Shown here piece by piece: positions 31,073-41,980 of a DNA stretch of 64,000 bases. The stretch's first letter is position 1; each line of letters begins with the position of its first letter. Both the position numbers and the translations under genes were made by a program. This DNA comes from an uncultured Acidobacteriota bacterium (lineage in GTDB: Bacteria > Acidobacteriota > Vicinamibacteria > Vicinamibacterales > UBA2999). The stretch lies in contig CAVSWX010000009.1 in the NCBI GenBank assembly GCA_963731785.1, forward strand, positions 49,449-113,448, in the 5' to 3' direction. Below the pieces are notes generated by a model. It saw only the letters and a program-made list of their open reading frames with translations. It was not told the DNA's origin and did not search any database.

Positions 31073-31420
31073 CCTCACGGCCCAGCGGCCTCGGCCCGGA
31101 GGCATGCCTTTGGCGAGGTTTCGACACACCGCTTGATCGGCGGGGCCGGCGGTCACCACATGTTGTGAGGGCGTCTCGACAGGCCAGAAGCAGCGTGCGG
31201 ATCGCGAACCAGGCCCAAGGATCCGGACGGCGCGTCAGGTTCTGGCCGGGTCCGGGTCTTGCACTTTGCCCGGTCCGACGACACCCATGATGGCCATGAT
31301 CATGCTGCGCGCATGCTGGCTCATCCAGCGGAGACAGCGAGCCCCGATCTGCGAATCGTGCTCTTCAACTCTGCCCCGGCGGGGCCATGGACGGGGCAAT
31401 CACAATCAAAAGGAGAACGC

Positions 31421-31981
31421 ATGAAGACGCTTCTAACGACACTGGTGGTGGGGACTCTGGCTGGCTCCGCGCTGCTGGGAACTGCCGGCGCCGCAGGCGC
31501 CCAGTCGAAGACGCTCCAGGGAGAGTCGACGGCGGTGACGGTGACGATCGAGGCCATCGATCAGGCCACCCGAACGATGACCGTCAAGGATGCCCAGGGG
31601 GTCTACGAGACGCTGGAGGTTCCCGCCGCGTTCACGCGGTTCAAGGAACTCAAGGTCGGGGACAAGATCACCGCGCGCTACTACGAAAACGTCGTGATTC
31701 GCGTGAAGAAGCCCAACGAGGCCGCCGTGGACCTCGATACGAGCGCGTTCACGACGGGTCAGGGGCAGCCGGCCGGAACGCTCGCCGCGCAGCGCACCGT
31801 GACGGTGACGATCACGGCGAAGGACGAGAAGGCGAAATCGCTCACCGTCACCGGCCCGAACGGCTACAAGTACAGCCGGAGGGTGGCCGACAATAAAGCG
31901 TTCGAGCAACTGAAGGTCGGTGACCGGCTCGACATGACCTGGACGAATGCGCTGCTGATTTCGGCCGAGACGCCGAAGTAG
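31421..31981 (+). CDS. secreted protein of unknown function made of two tandem ~60-aa repeats
   Basis: AAAGGAGA SD. Signal MKTLLTTLVVGTLAGSALLGTAGAAGAQS. Repeat 1 is TVTIEAIDQATRTMTVKD..FKELKVGDKITARY. Repeat 2 is TVTITAKDEKAKSLTVTG..FEQLKVGDRLDMTW. Confidence 0.7.
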   Translation: MKTLLTTLVVGTLAGSALLGTAGAAGAQSKTLQGESTAVTVTIEAIDQATRTMTVKDAQGVYETLEVPAAFTRFKELKVGDKITARYYENVVIRVKKPNEAAVDLDTSAFTTGQGQPAGTLAAQRTVTVTITAKDEKAKSLTVTGPNGYKYSRRVADNKAFEQLKVGDRLDMTWTNALLISAETPK

Positions 31982-31986
31982 CCCTC

Positions 31987-33279
31987 GTGGCGATGCGCCT
32001 GGCGGGCGTGTGTCTGATCGGCGTCGTGTGCGGCACCGTGCCGCACCCGGCGCTGGCTCAGGCCACGGACCCGATGGAAGGGCGTGTCGTCGGACAGATC
32101 CGTGTGAGCGGACTGCGCAACGTGCCGTCCGATCTCGTGGAGCGGCACCTGGTCACGCGAGTGGGAGCGCCGTTCCGGAGGGCCGACCTCGCGGTGGATC
32201 AACGCCGGCTCGATGAGCTCCGGCTGTTCACCACGGTCCTCATCGAGCCACGACTCGAGGCGGACGCGGTGGTGCTCGATGTGGCGGTCACGGAAACCCT
32301 GCGGCTGCTGCCGATTATCTACATCCGCGTCACGGACGAGAACGGCGTCAGCGCCGGTCCCGGCCTGCGCGGCATCAACCTCCTCGGGCGCGGTTCGCAG
32401 GTGGGTGTGGCCGCCCGGTTCGGCGGCGAGACCGGCGTGAGCACCACGATCGACACCACCACGATCACGCCGGGCACCTGGTCACGGCATCTGGGATTCA
32501 GCTACTCCAGCCGGCGGAACACGCTCTACGACTTCGACGAGCGCGCCACCTCGGTCGACGCGCGCTTTGCCCGCAACTGGCGCCACGGCCTGCGGACAGG
32601 CGTGGCGGCCGAGCTCCTGTCGATCGACACCGGCGATTCCGGGGCATCGCTCTCCCCGGATGGCACGGACGTCATTCCAACGATCGGTGCGTTCCTCACG
32701 TTCGACGACACGGATTCGTCCACGAATCCGCGCGACGGCTGGTGGGCCGAAGCCGAGATCGACCGGCTGTTCGGGGACGCCGGGTCGTGGACGATCATCC
32801 TGGATGGCCGGCGATTTCAGCGGCTGGCGGATCGTCATGGTCTGGGGATGTTCGCGTTGGCCACGCTGCAGACCGGCGAGGTCGGCACGAGCCTGCCCGA
32901 GTACCTGCAGTTCGCGCTGGGCGGCGCCAATACGGTGCGCGGCTGGAGTCTGGGTGCGCGGACGGCTCGAAACCAGTTCATTGGCACCCTCGAATACACC
33001 TACGTGCTCCAACCGGTTCGATCGTTCTCGGTGGCGGGCCTCAACCTGTACTGGGGACTCCAACTCGCGGGGTTCGGAGACCTCGGGCTGGCGTGGAACG
33101 ACCGGGACGATCTCACGGGATCGCCGGCGCTCGACGGCTATGGCGCCGGACTGCGGGTGCAGGTGCCGTTCGTGGATCTCATTCGGATCGACGTGGCGTG
33201 GGGCGAACCGGCACAGGGCGCCACCGCCTATTTCGGCGTGTCGCTCAAGGCCACCCGGCAGCGCCAGCGGGTGCGCTGA
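31987..33279 (+). CDS. Omp85/BamA-family outer-membrane protein with a single POTRA-like domain
   Basis: Signal ..VCLIGVVCGTVPHPALAQA. POTRA-like IRVSGLRNVPSDLVERHLVTRVGAPF. C-terminus GYGAGLRVQVPFVDLIRIDVAWG. The gene begins 6 nt after the previous stop (ATG alternative at 31993). Confidence 0.75.
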   Translation: MAMRLAGVCLIGVVCGTVPHPALAQATDPMEGRVVGQIRVSGLRNVPSDLVERHLVTRVGAPFRRADLAVDQRRLDELRLFTTVLIEPRLEADAVVLDVAVTETLRLLPIIYIRVTDENGVSAGPGLRGINLLGRGSQVGVAARFGGETGVSTTIDTTTITPGTWSRHLGFSYSSRRNTLYDFDERATSVDARFARNWRHGLRTGVAAELLSIDTGDSGASLSPDGTDVIPTIGAFLTFDDTDSSTNPRDGWWAEAEIDRLFGDAGSWTIILDGRRFQRLADRHGLGMFALATLQTGEVGTSLPEYLQFALGGANTVRGWSLGARTARNQFIGTLEYTYVLQPVRSFSVAGLNLYWGLQLAGFGDLGLAWNDRDDLTGSPALDGYGAGLRVQVPFVDLIRIDVAWGEPAQGATAYFGVSLKATRQRQRVR

Positions 33280-33466
33280 CGGTCACGCCGTCCCCTGGCC
33301 GCCGGCCTCCCATGGCCGTGCGGCATCCTACCGCCGTCCCCCGGGTCTGCACGCAACGTGTTGAGACTCACTAACGGCAGATGGTGACCTGTCGCGGCGC
33401 CGGCGGGCTGCCAGGCGGTTTCACGGCAAATGGCCTTGAGAATCGCCGGTTTCCCAACGCCTGACG

Positions 33467-33482
33467 TGGCTTGCGTATTGCG
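33467..33482 (+). promoter_or_regulatory. sigma-54-type promoter upstream of the STAS gene
   Basis: TGGCTTgcgtaTTGCG. The -12 GC is 36 nt from the ATG at 33517. Confidence 0.5.
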
Positions 33483-33516
33483 TTTCGTACAAGCCGTGGA
33501 CTGCTGGATTGGCGTC

Positions 33517-33801
33517 ATGGACGAGACCGATCGACGCTTGGTGCGTCTGGCCGGCCGGTTGAGCGTGGCCCAGGTGCCCGAACTGCTCGGAGTCTGCGCG
33601 AACGTCACTTCGATTCAACTGGATCTCACGGACCTGGTGTCCGTGGACGCGGCGGGCATCGAGGCGCTGCAACGACTTCGGGACAACGGTGCCGAACTGA
33701 CTGGCGCGCCGGGGTACCTGCAGTTGAAGCTCGACTCGCATCAGGGAGCGAGCGCTGGAGTACCGCCTCCAAAGCGCCAGGCCAAGGGGATCGATCGCTG
33801 A
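33517..33801 (+). CDS. STAS-domain (anti-sigma-factor-antagonist-like) protein
   Basis: MDETDRRLVRLAGRLSVAQVPELL..IQLDLTDLVSVDAAGIEALQRL. Ala-Ala occupies the position where SpoIIAA-type proteins carry the phospho-Ser (DSSG). Confidence 0.6.
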   Translation: MDETDRRLVRLAGRLSVAQVPELLGVCANVTSIQLDLTDLVSVDAAGIEALQRLRDNGAELTGAPGYLQLKLDSHQGASAGVPPPKRQAKGIDR

Positions 33802-33953
33802 TCAGTGGGATCGGCCGGGCGCGTCGCCGGCGACTTTCCTACCCTATCGCCGCTGAAGCCGGCGGGCTGCTGACTGCTGTCCGCTGGGCGCGACCGCCCG
33901 GAGGCCGCCGCAGCGGCTCCCGGGCGCAGGGACGATGCCGTGACGCGTCGCGC

Positions 33954-35576
<1,623 letters not shown>

Positions 35577-35606
35577 ATAACCTAACCTCTCAGGTAACCT
35601 AACCTG
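35577..35606 (-). repeat. AT-rich intergenic direct repeat AGGTTAGGTTA x2 between the receiver gene stop and the sigma-54 activator start
   Basis: The minus strand reads TGA-cAGGTTAGGTTAcctgagAGGTTAGGTTAt-ATG and fills the whole 30-nt spacer. Confidence 0.7.
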
Positions 35607-36023
35607 TCAGGATGACGACCGCGTCACCGCGTCAGGCCCGACCGGGCTGACGTGACGTTCGCCGCGCACCGCCGAACGAACCGCCGGTATCAGTTCCTCG
35701 CCCGCCGTCCGCTTCACGACGTATCCCAGCGCGCCGGCAGCCAGGCCTCGCTGCACCATCGCCGGATCCTGACTGACCGTCACCAGGACGATCCGGGCGA
35801 TGGGGTTCCGGTGCAGGATCTCGGTGGTGGCGGCGATCCCGTCGAGGCCGGGCATCGAAATGTCGGTGACGATCACGTCTGGCGACAGCCGCTCGGCGGC
35901 GCTGACGAGCGCGATACCGTCCTCCACCACCGCGAGGACGTCGAACTCGTCCTGCAGCAGACCGCGCAGCAGATTGCCGGTATCCCGGTGATCGTCGGCG
36001 AGCAGGAGCGTTGGGTGTGACAT
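35607..36023 (-). CDS. stand-alone response-regulator receiver domain protein
   Basis: LLLADDH..VIVTDISMPGLDG..VLVTV..GALGYVVK. No output domain. 138 aa. Confidence 0.8.
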   Translation of the reverse strand: MSHPTLLLADDHRDTGNLLRGLLQDEFDVLAVVEDGIALVSAAERLSPDVIVTDISMPGLDGIAATTEILHRNPIARIVLVTVSQDPAMVQRGLAAGALGYVVKRTAGEELIPAVRSAVRGERHVSPVGPDAVTRSSS

Positions 36024-36183
36024 CGGCTTTGGGTTGGAATGGTCCCGAGTCTATGAATCCGACGTCCAGCGCAGAAACGGAAACGTACGGAGGCCGACCC
36101 GGGAAAACCACTGGTTTTCGGCGAGGAAGATTACGAGGTGTACGTTGTGACGTGACGTTAGGGAATCTGCGCGAGCGGCTACT

Positions 36184-36820
36184 TCATTCCGCGATCAGGC
36201 GATGCTCGATCGCGTACTTCACCAGCTCGGCCGTAGATTCGACGCCAAGTATCTCCATCATCTGATACTTGTGCGTTTCGACCGTTCGTACGGACAGCTG
36301 CGAGGAGGGCCGCGATCTCCTTCATGCGCCGCCCTTCGAGAATCAGGCGCAGCACATCGAGCTGTCGCGCCGTGAGCTGCGGCTCGGACTGCTCCGGCGA
36401 AGCGGCCATCCGCTCGATCACTTCCTTCGTGAGCGCCGGCGTGAGGTACATCCGGCCCTCCAGCGCCTGGTGCATCGCCGTCAACAGCTCCTCGCCGGCC
36501 GACTGTTTCAACAGGAACCCGCTGGCGCCCGACCGCATGGCCCGCGTGGCCAGCTCCCCATCGTGGTGCATCGTCAGCACGATCACCTTGCTATCGACGC
36601 GTTCGCTCTTCAGCCGGTTCAGGACGTCGAGGCCGCTCAAGCCAGGCATCGACACGTCGGTGACAATCACGTCCGGCCGAAGCCGCTTCGCCGCCTCCAT
36701 GAGCTCGAGCCCGTCGCCCACGGCACCGACGACGTCGAAATCATGCTCCGTGAGCAGGCGGACAAGGCCCTCCTTCACGATGGCATGGTCGTCGGCGATG
36801 AGGACAGTGTATCGGCGCAT
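36184..36820 (-). CDS. NarL/FixJ-family response regulator; frame break near 36300 in the HTH
   Basis: Receiver VLIADDH..VIVTDVSMPGLSG..VLTMHHD. LuxR HTH LTARQLDVLRLILEGRRMKEIAALL, then QLSVRTVETHKYQMMEILGVESTAELVKYAIEHRLIAE* in another frame. Confidence 0.8.
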
Positions 36821-36984
36821 TGGCTCCCCGGAGCTGTACCGTGGAAGGTAGCACGAGCCTGCACCAGAAGGGACATCAATTGCCAGGTGAGCCCCTCGCT
36901 CACAGCCGGCCGTCACTGGTCGGCGGCGGCCAATGGAGTTCCGCCAGGTTTCACCCAATTCTCGCGGTCGATTCGCCGCCGGAC

Positions 36985-37000
36985 TGGCAGAGTACTTGCC
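36985..37000 (+). promoter_or_regulatory. sigma-54-type promoter immediately upstream of DUF4136 copy 1
   Basis: TGGCAGagtacTTGCC. The -12 GC is only 15 nt from the ATG at 37014, which implies a near-leaderless mRNA. A GGAG SD-like motif sits inside the promoter, which argues for caution. Confidence 0.4.
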
Positions 37001-37013
37001 GTGGAGACGTGGC

Positions 37014-37523
37014 ATGTCGATCCCTCGCGCGCTGTTCGTCTGCCTCCTCACCGGTGTGCTGCTCGGCCCCGGCGCCCTCGTCGCCGCCCAGACCAAGTAC
37101 GGCGTCACAGTCAGAACGGTCAAAGCCGCTGAGCTCGCCAAAGCCAAGACCTACGTGTGGACGGTGGGCCGGCCGTCGTTCAACAAAGATGTCGACGCCC
37201 TCATCATCGCGGCCGTGGACCGCCAGCTGAGCTCGCGCGGCTTCACGAAGCTCGCATCCGGGCAAGGCGACGTCGTGGTGACCTACGGGACGCTCACCCG
37301 CACGGATGTCGACCTGGAGGCGCCGAAAGGCGGGAGCGGGACCGCTCCCGAGCTCGCGGTGGGAACGCTCGTCATCAACCTGACCGACCCGGCGAGTCGG
37401 CAACAGCTCTTCAGCGTGCGAATGGATAGGCCGATCGACTGGAATCCGGCGACCTACCAGGCCACGGTCGACGCAGCGGTCGCGGCGATATTCGAGAAAT
37501 ATCCCGTTCCGTCAAAGCGCTGA
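37014..37523 (+). CDS. DUF4136-like secreted/lipoprotein-type protein (copy 1)
   Basis: Signal MSIPRALFVCLLTGVLLGPGALVAAQ. Pattern KTYVWTV..GDVVVTYG..GTLVINLTDPASRQQLFSV is shared with the genes at 51367 and 55718. Confidence 0.65.
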   Translation: MSIPRALFVCLLTGVLLGPGALVAAQTKYGVTVRTVKAAELAKAKTYVWTVGRPSFNKDVDALIIAAVDRQLSSRGFTKLASGQGDVVVTYGTLTRTDVDLEAPKGGSGTAPELAVGTLVINLTDPASRQQLFSVRMDRPIDWNPATYQATVDAAVAAIFEKYPVPSKR

Positions 37524-37662
37524 CGCTCCCACCGCGGCGGTGATTTACGCCCAGGTGTGGGAAGGCTTGGCGATATAGCTGAGCCATCCCCTCGCTCCTG
37601 CGCCTGTTCCAGTCGCCCCACCAGGGGGTAGACAACTCCAACTCGCAATCGCGGTAGAGTCT

Positions 37663-37678
37663 TGGCACGCGAGCCGCG
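37663..37678 (+). promoter_or_regulatory. weaker sigma-54-like element upstream of the PAS histidine kinase
   Basis: TGGCACgcgagCCGCG has a perfect -24 box, but the -12 box keeps only the GC. Confidence 0.3.
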
Positions 37679-37743
37679 GGAAAACAGCAGGGAACGGGAT
37701 CACGTGTCGATGCGTCTCCCGCGGCGGCCGATCAGACCGACCC

Positions 37744-39607
37744 ATGGCATTGCAGAACCATCCGAAACGGCGCGAGGACGAAGAAGGATGGAACAGCGCC
37801 ATCCTGCGCGCGGTTCCGGATCTCATGTTCCTTCAGACCATGGATGGGGTCTTTCTCGATTATCACGCGCCCGATCCCAGCGGGCTGTTCGTTACGGCCG
37901 AGCGCTTCCTCGGCAGGAACGTGCGCGACGTGTTGCCGCCCGCGGTGCTCCGCGCACTCGAACCGGCGTTCACACAAGTGGCGCACGCGGTGGACCCTGT
38001 CGTCGTCGAGTACGAACTGGACATGCCCGACGGGAATCGGCAGTACGAGGCCCGGCTGGTGCGCAGCGGCCACGACCAGATCCTCACGCTCGTGCGCGAC
38101 ATCACCGACCGCAAGCGCGCCGAGGCGGCGCTTCGCGAGAGCGCGCAACGATACGCGCTGGCATCGGCGGCCGGCGCCGTCGGGGTCTGGGACTGGAACT
38201 TCGAGACCAACGAGTTGTATGTCGATCCAGGCCTGAAATCGCTTCTGGGGTTCGAAGACCACGAGATCTCACGCCGCCCTGAGGACTGGGGATCGCGAGT
38301 GCATCCCGGCGACCTGCCGTTCACCACGGCCCGGGTGAAGGCCTGTATCGACGGCGACACCGACGTCTACGAAGTCGAGCATCGGATGCTGCACAAGGAC
38401 GGCAGCACGAGGTGGTTCCTCTCCCGCGGATCGGCGATGAGAGCCGAGAACGGCACCATGCGCCGCCTGGTGGGAACCAAGGTGGACATCACCGAACGCA
38501 AGCGATCGGCCGACCAGTTCCGTCGCGCACTCGAGGCGACGACGACCGGCATGCTGATGGTCAGCCGCACCGGCCGCATCGTGATGGTCAACACCCACGT
38601 GGAGACGCTGTTCGGGCATCCCCGCGAAGCGCTGGTCAACGCCGCGGCCGAGACGCTGCTGCCGCGGGGCTCACTGCGCACCCGATCCGGCGAGCCACGC
38701 GAATACCCGTGGGAAGGCGACGCGTCGCCCCTGCGTGGCAGCCACATGCTCGAGGGCGCAGCGCAAGGACGGTTCGGAGATCCCGCTGGAGATCGAGTTC
38801 AGTCCGATTCGCACGGCGGACGGTGAGTTCGTCCTCTGTTCCATCGCCGACGTCACCGAGCGACGCGAGGCGGAGCGTGAACGCAACGACTTGATGCGGC
38901 ACCTTCGGGACATGGCCGGGCGGCTGATCGCCGCCCAGGAACTGGAACGGTCGCGACTCGCCCGCGAGCTCCACGACGACGTGAGCCAACAGCTCGCGGC
39001 GCTGTCCATTGCCCTCAGCAGCCTCAAGCGACACGTGACGACGGTGCGTCGCGCCACGGAACTGGAGGCCGAAGTGGCGCAGCTGCAGGGACGGACCGAC
39101 GCGCTGGCCGACAGCGTGCGTCGCCTCTCGCACGACCTGCATCCCGACGTCCTCCGCCACTCGGGCCTGGCCGCGTCCCTGTCCGCCTACTGCAAGGGCT
39201 CGACCTCGCCCTCGCCGGGGCTGAAGGTCACCTTTCGCGCGCAGGGAGACTTCGAGACGATTGGCCACGAAGCGTCTCTCTGCTTGTACCGGATCGCGCA
39301 GGAAGCGCTGCACAACGTCGTCAAGCATGCGGAGGCCCACCACGCCGAGGTCGTGCTGCTGCGAACCCCCGATGGCGCCGAGCTCACGGTCTCCGACGAC
39401 GGCAAGGGCTTCGACATCCAGGTCCGCACCAGCGAAACGGGCCTCGGCCTGGTGAGCATCACGGAACGGGCGCGGCTGGCGGGGGGAACCGTCAGCATCG
39501 TGACCGCGCTGACAAAAGGAACCAAGATCCGGGTCCACGTGCCGATCACCCTCCCGACGGCTGCCGATGGCGCTGCCGCGGCGGGACGATTCGCCGGCCT
39601 GGCCTGA
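37744..39607 (+). CDS. multi-PAS sensor histidine kinase (HisKA_3/NarX-type); frame break near 38760
   Basis: Three PAS-like blocks, each ending ..DITDRKRAE / DITERKRS / [10 protein letters not shown]-box [17 protein letters not shown]. ATPase [24 protein letters not shown]. Spans ORFs 37744..38826 and 38735..39607. Confidence 0.85.
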
Positions 39608-39738
39608 CCCGCGGCGGCGGTCGCCGGACCTGCTCACAGCATCCCGTGACCCTCCGGGATGGCCGGGCGGCCGGCGGTGGAGCCTCGGCGATTCCTTCGC
39701 GTTTTCAGCCATACTGGCGACCCGCGTGGCAGACCAAC

Positions 39739-39754
39739 TGGCCCGCTCCTTGCC
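39739..39754 (+). promoter_or_regulatory. sigma-54-type promoter upstream of the lipocalin-like/family X operon
   Basis: TGGCCCgctccTTGCC. The -12 GC is 40 nt from the ATG at 39793. Confidence 0.5.
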
Positions 39755-39792
39755 AAGGGTTATGTGCAGGACCTGGCGACGAAAGGATCATC

Positions 39793-40320
39793 ATGATGAC
39801 GTGGAAACCGGCGGTCGCGGCGCTGATGCTGCTGGCGGCAGCGGCTGCGGCCTACGCGGGCGAACCGCGCCAACGAGGCAAGGTCGACACGGGCCCTGGG
39901 TCGCTCACCGCGGCGCGTAAGTATCTCGAGGGCCGCTGGGGCCTGGAGTCGTTCGAGGTGCGTCCACCCGGAAAACCGCCAATCATGCTCAAGGGCTCCG
40001 GAGTGCTGAACTACGACGACTTCGGCAACCTCACCATGGAAATCCGCGCCGACCAGGCCACATCGGATCTGCTTCGGGCCGCAGGCATCGAGATCCGTGA
40101 TGGCGTCATCTCGACGAAGGGGCGCACGGCCATCGATCTGCAAAACCGCACGCTCACCTACTTTCTCGAGGGCCAGCGTTCCGGATACGTCACTGGCGGC
40201 GGACCGCTCGCCCCGAACCGGCCGCGCCACTGGGAAGTGACCGAGGACGTGCTCACGCTGACGACGAAGGACGACGCTGGTGCTCCGCTGTCGATCAGCC
40301 GCTGGAAGAAGGTCAAGTGA
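39793..40320 (+). CDS. secreted lipocalin-like domain protein
   Basis: GAAAGGA SD. Signal MMTWKPAVAALMLLAAAAAAYAG. LEGRWGLESFEV..GSGVLNYDDFGNLTMEI resembles lipocalin-like (GxW..G.l.Y...G.m) domains. Confidence 0.6.
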   Translation: MMTWKPAVAALMLLAAAAAAYAGEPRQRGKVDTGPGSLTAARKYLEGRWGLESFEVRPPGKPPIMLKGSGVLNYDDFGNLTMEIRADQATSDLLRAAGIEIRDGVISTKGRTAIDLQNRTLTYFLEGQRSGYVTGGGPLAPNRPRHWEVTEDVLTLTTKDDAGAPLSISRWKKVK

Positions 40321-40331
40321 CAGGAGATGCC

Positions 40332-40916
40332 GTGCGCTCTGTGATCGTCCTGACGACCGTTCTGTTCCTCGGCGCATCCACCGGGGTCGGCGCCCAGGCG
40401 GCCCGCGCCGCGACCACGCCCGAGGTGTTCAGCGGCACGGCGCAGGCCAAGAGCGCCTCCAGCGCCGTCTCGGGCAAGCTCGAAGCGCGCGTCAGCCGCT
40501 ACACGCCGGACTTCGATCGCAAGACCGTCGAGGACGCGCTGCGCTTCGGCGGCTACCCGAAGTTCCTCACGACCCTTCGCAACGCGCCCGAGGTCGGGCA
40601 GCTCACGCTCGCCGACGGCCAGCCGTACGCGATCCGCTACGCGCGTGAGAAGGTGGAGGGAGCCGGACGGACGATTGTGCTGGTGACCGACCGGCCCGTC
40701 TTCTTCGTCGGTTCGTCGCGCGCCGACGCCAAGCCGCGAGCTGGATTCGAAGTCGCCGTGGTCCAGATTCAGGTCGACCAGGCAGGACGGGGCAAAGGCA
40801 CGATGGCGGCTGCGGCGCGCGTGCGCCCCGACGGTGAAGGCGGCGTGCTGCTCGACGACTACGCCGAGGCGCTCATCACGGTAACCGACGTCACCCGGCG
40901 CCCGGGTGGTCAGTAA
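40332..40916 (+). CDS. secreted protein of unknown function, 'family X' copy 1 (paralogue of 50763..51353)
   Basis: AGGAGA SD 4 nt before the GTG at 40332 (the ORF-track start 40317 overlaps the upstream stop). Signal RSVIVLTTVLFLGASTGVGAQA. Shares ..RY/W..ER/DRK..L.N.P.VG..RYA....G.R..L.TDRP..F...E..I.D..G.G.G.M...AR......L..Y...TDV with the other copy. Confidence 0.6.
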   Translation: MRSVIVLTTVLFLGASTGVGAQAARAATTPEVFSGTAQAKSASSAVSGKLEARVSRYTPDFDRKTVEDALRFGGYPKFLTTLRNAPEVGQLTLADGQPYAIRYAREKVEGAGRTIVLVTDRPVFFVGSSRADAKPRAGFEVAVVQIQVDQAGRGKGTMAAAARVRPDGEGGVLLDDYAEALITVTDVTRRPGGQ

Positions 40917-40921
40917 ATCGA

Positions 40922-41651
40922 CTACCGCGCCAGCGGGCGATGCCCTGAGTTCTCGACGACGACGCGGATGCTCTTGGCCTTGGCCTCGAGCGCGGTCTGC
41001 GCACTGTAGCTTGTGCCATCGGCGAGGGTCGCGAAACGGACGTTCAGCGTCACCGTGTCCTCCGGCTTCTCCAGATAGGTCGCGACGCTGAGCCCCGACA
41101 GAAGAGCCGCCTTCGCGTCGACGTCGATCGCCAGCTGGTCGTTGGGCTGAACATAGTTCCGAAACTCGACGCGTACCCTACCTTCCGGCTGTGGCTGCAC
41201 CTGCATCTGGCCCGCGTCCTTGGCCTTCTGGATCTGCGCGGGATTGGGCGGCACATACTGCTGAATCAAGGCAGCGGCCTTCTCCATGTACTCCTGCATG
41301 TCGTTCTTCTTGTTCTCGATGACCTGCTCCTTGACCCGTCCGCCGCGGCGGCCTCCGCTCTGCGCAGCCTGCGCTGGCGGCTCGCCGAGCGGCTGCTTCG
41401 TCAGCTTTCCGTCGGCACCGTAATAGACACGCTGCTGCTTGCGTGACTTCTCTTCCCCTTTGAGGCTGATGGCCGTCGTCTCGGTCCACTCGGTACTGAC
41501 GAAGACGTTTCTGGCTCTCGGCCAGGTTCTGTTTCAACGCCGCAACCATCTGGTCTGGTGTCGGCGGGGCCTGGGCAACGGTCCGTGCCACCGGCAGCGA
41601 CATGAGAATCGAGATACCGATCACTGCGAGCACCGTCTGATTCATGTTCAT
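40922..41651 (-). CDS. secreted protein of unknown function; frame break near 41494
   Basis: Signal MNMNQTVLAVIGISILMSLPVARTVAQA..LAESQKRLRQY in ORF 41178..42098. It then continues EWTETTAISLKGEEKSRKQQRVYYGADGKLTK..DMQEYMEKAAALIQQY.. into ORF 40922..41299. Confidence 0.6.
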
Positions 41652-41665
41652 GATGTGTCCGTAAG

Positions 41666-41681
41666 GGCAAGGAGCACGCCA
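41666..41681 (-). promoter_or_regulatory. sigma-54-type promoter upstream of the secreted-protein gene 40922..41651
   Basis: The minus strand reads TGGCGTgctccTTGCC. The -12 GC is 16 nt from the ATG at 41651 (near-leaderless geometry). Confidence 0.4.
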
Positions 41682-41919
41682 ACGAAAGCTCGCAGGATCC
41701 CTCAACAGATGGTCCTGACAGACATCGACTTCACGAGGGGCGGTCAAAACAGTGACCGAGCGTGGGAAGACGAAGAGAGGGCCTCGCCTCCAACCTGGTG
41801 CCGCCAGACTCTGGCGAGCAGGGCGGCGGGATCGTCCACGCTCACGGCGGGCTGTCAGTCGCGTTTGCCGAGGGTGTTGAAAGACCGGGATCATGACGCA
41901 AGAGCGCTCCGTGGCAACG

Positions 41920-41935
41920 TGGCGAACGGCTTGCA
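41920..41935 (+). promoter_or_regulatory. sigma-54-type promoter upstream of the DUF3604-PpiC-HupE operon
   Basis: TGGCGAacggcTTGCA. The -12 GC is 47 nt from the ATG at 41981. Confidence 0.55.
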
Positions 41936-41980
41936 GCCGCCGATGTTGATGCTGAGACAGCAAGGGAAGGTGGGGTGCCC

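Noticed and set aside
31287-31424. 45-codon upstream ORF (MMAMIMLRACWLIQ...) whose TGA overlaps the ATG at 31421.
   Set aside because: It has no SD and AT-rich third positions that are atypical for coding DNA in this genome. It shows no recognisable peptide family, so it is more likely part of a 5' UTR.
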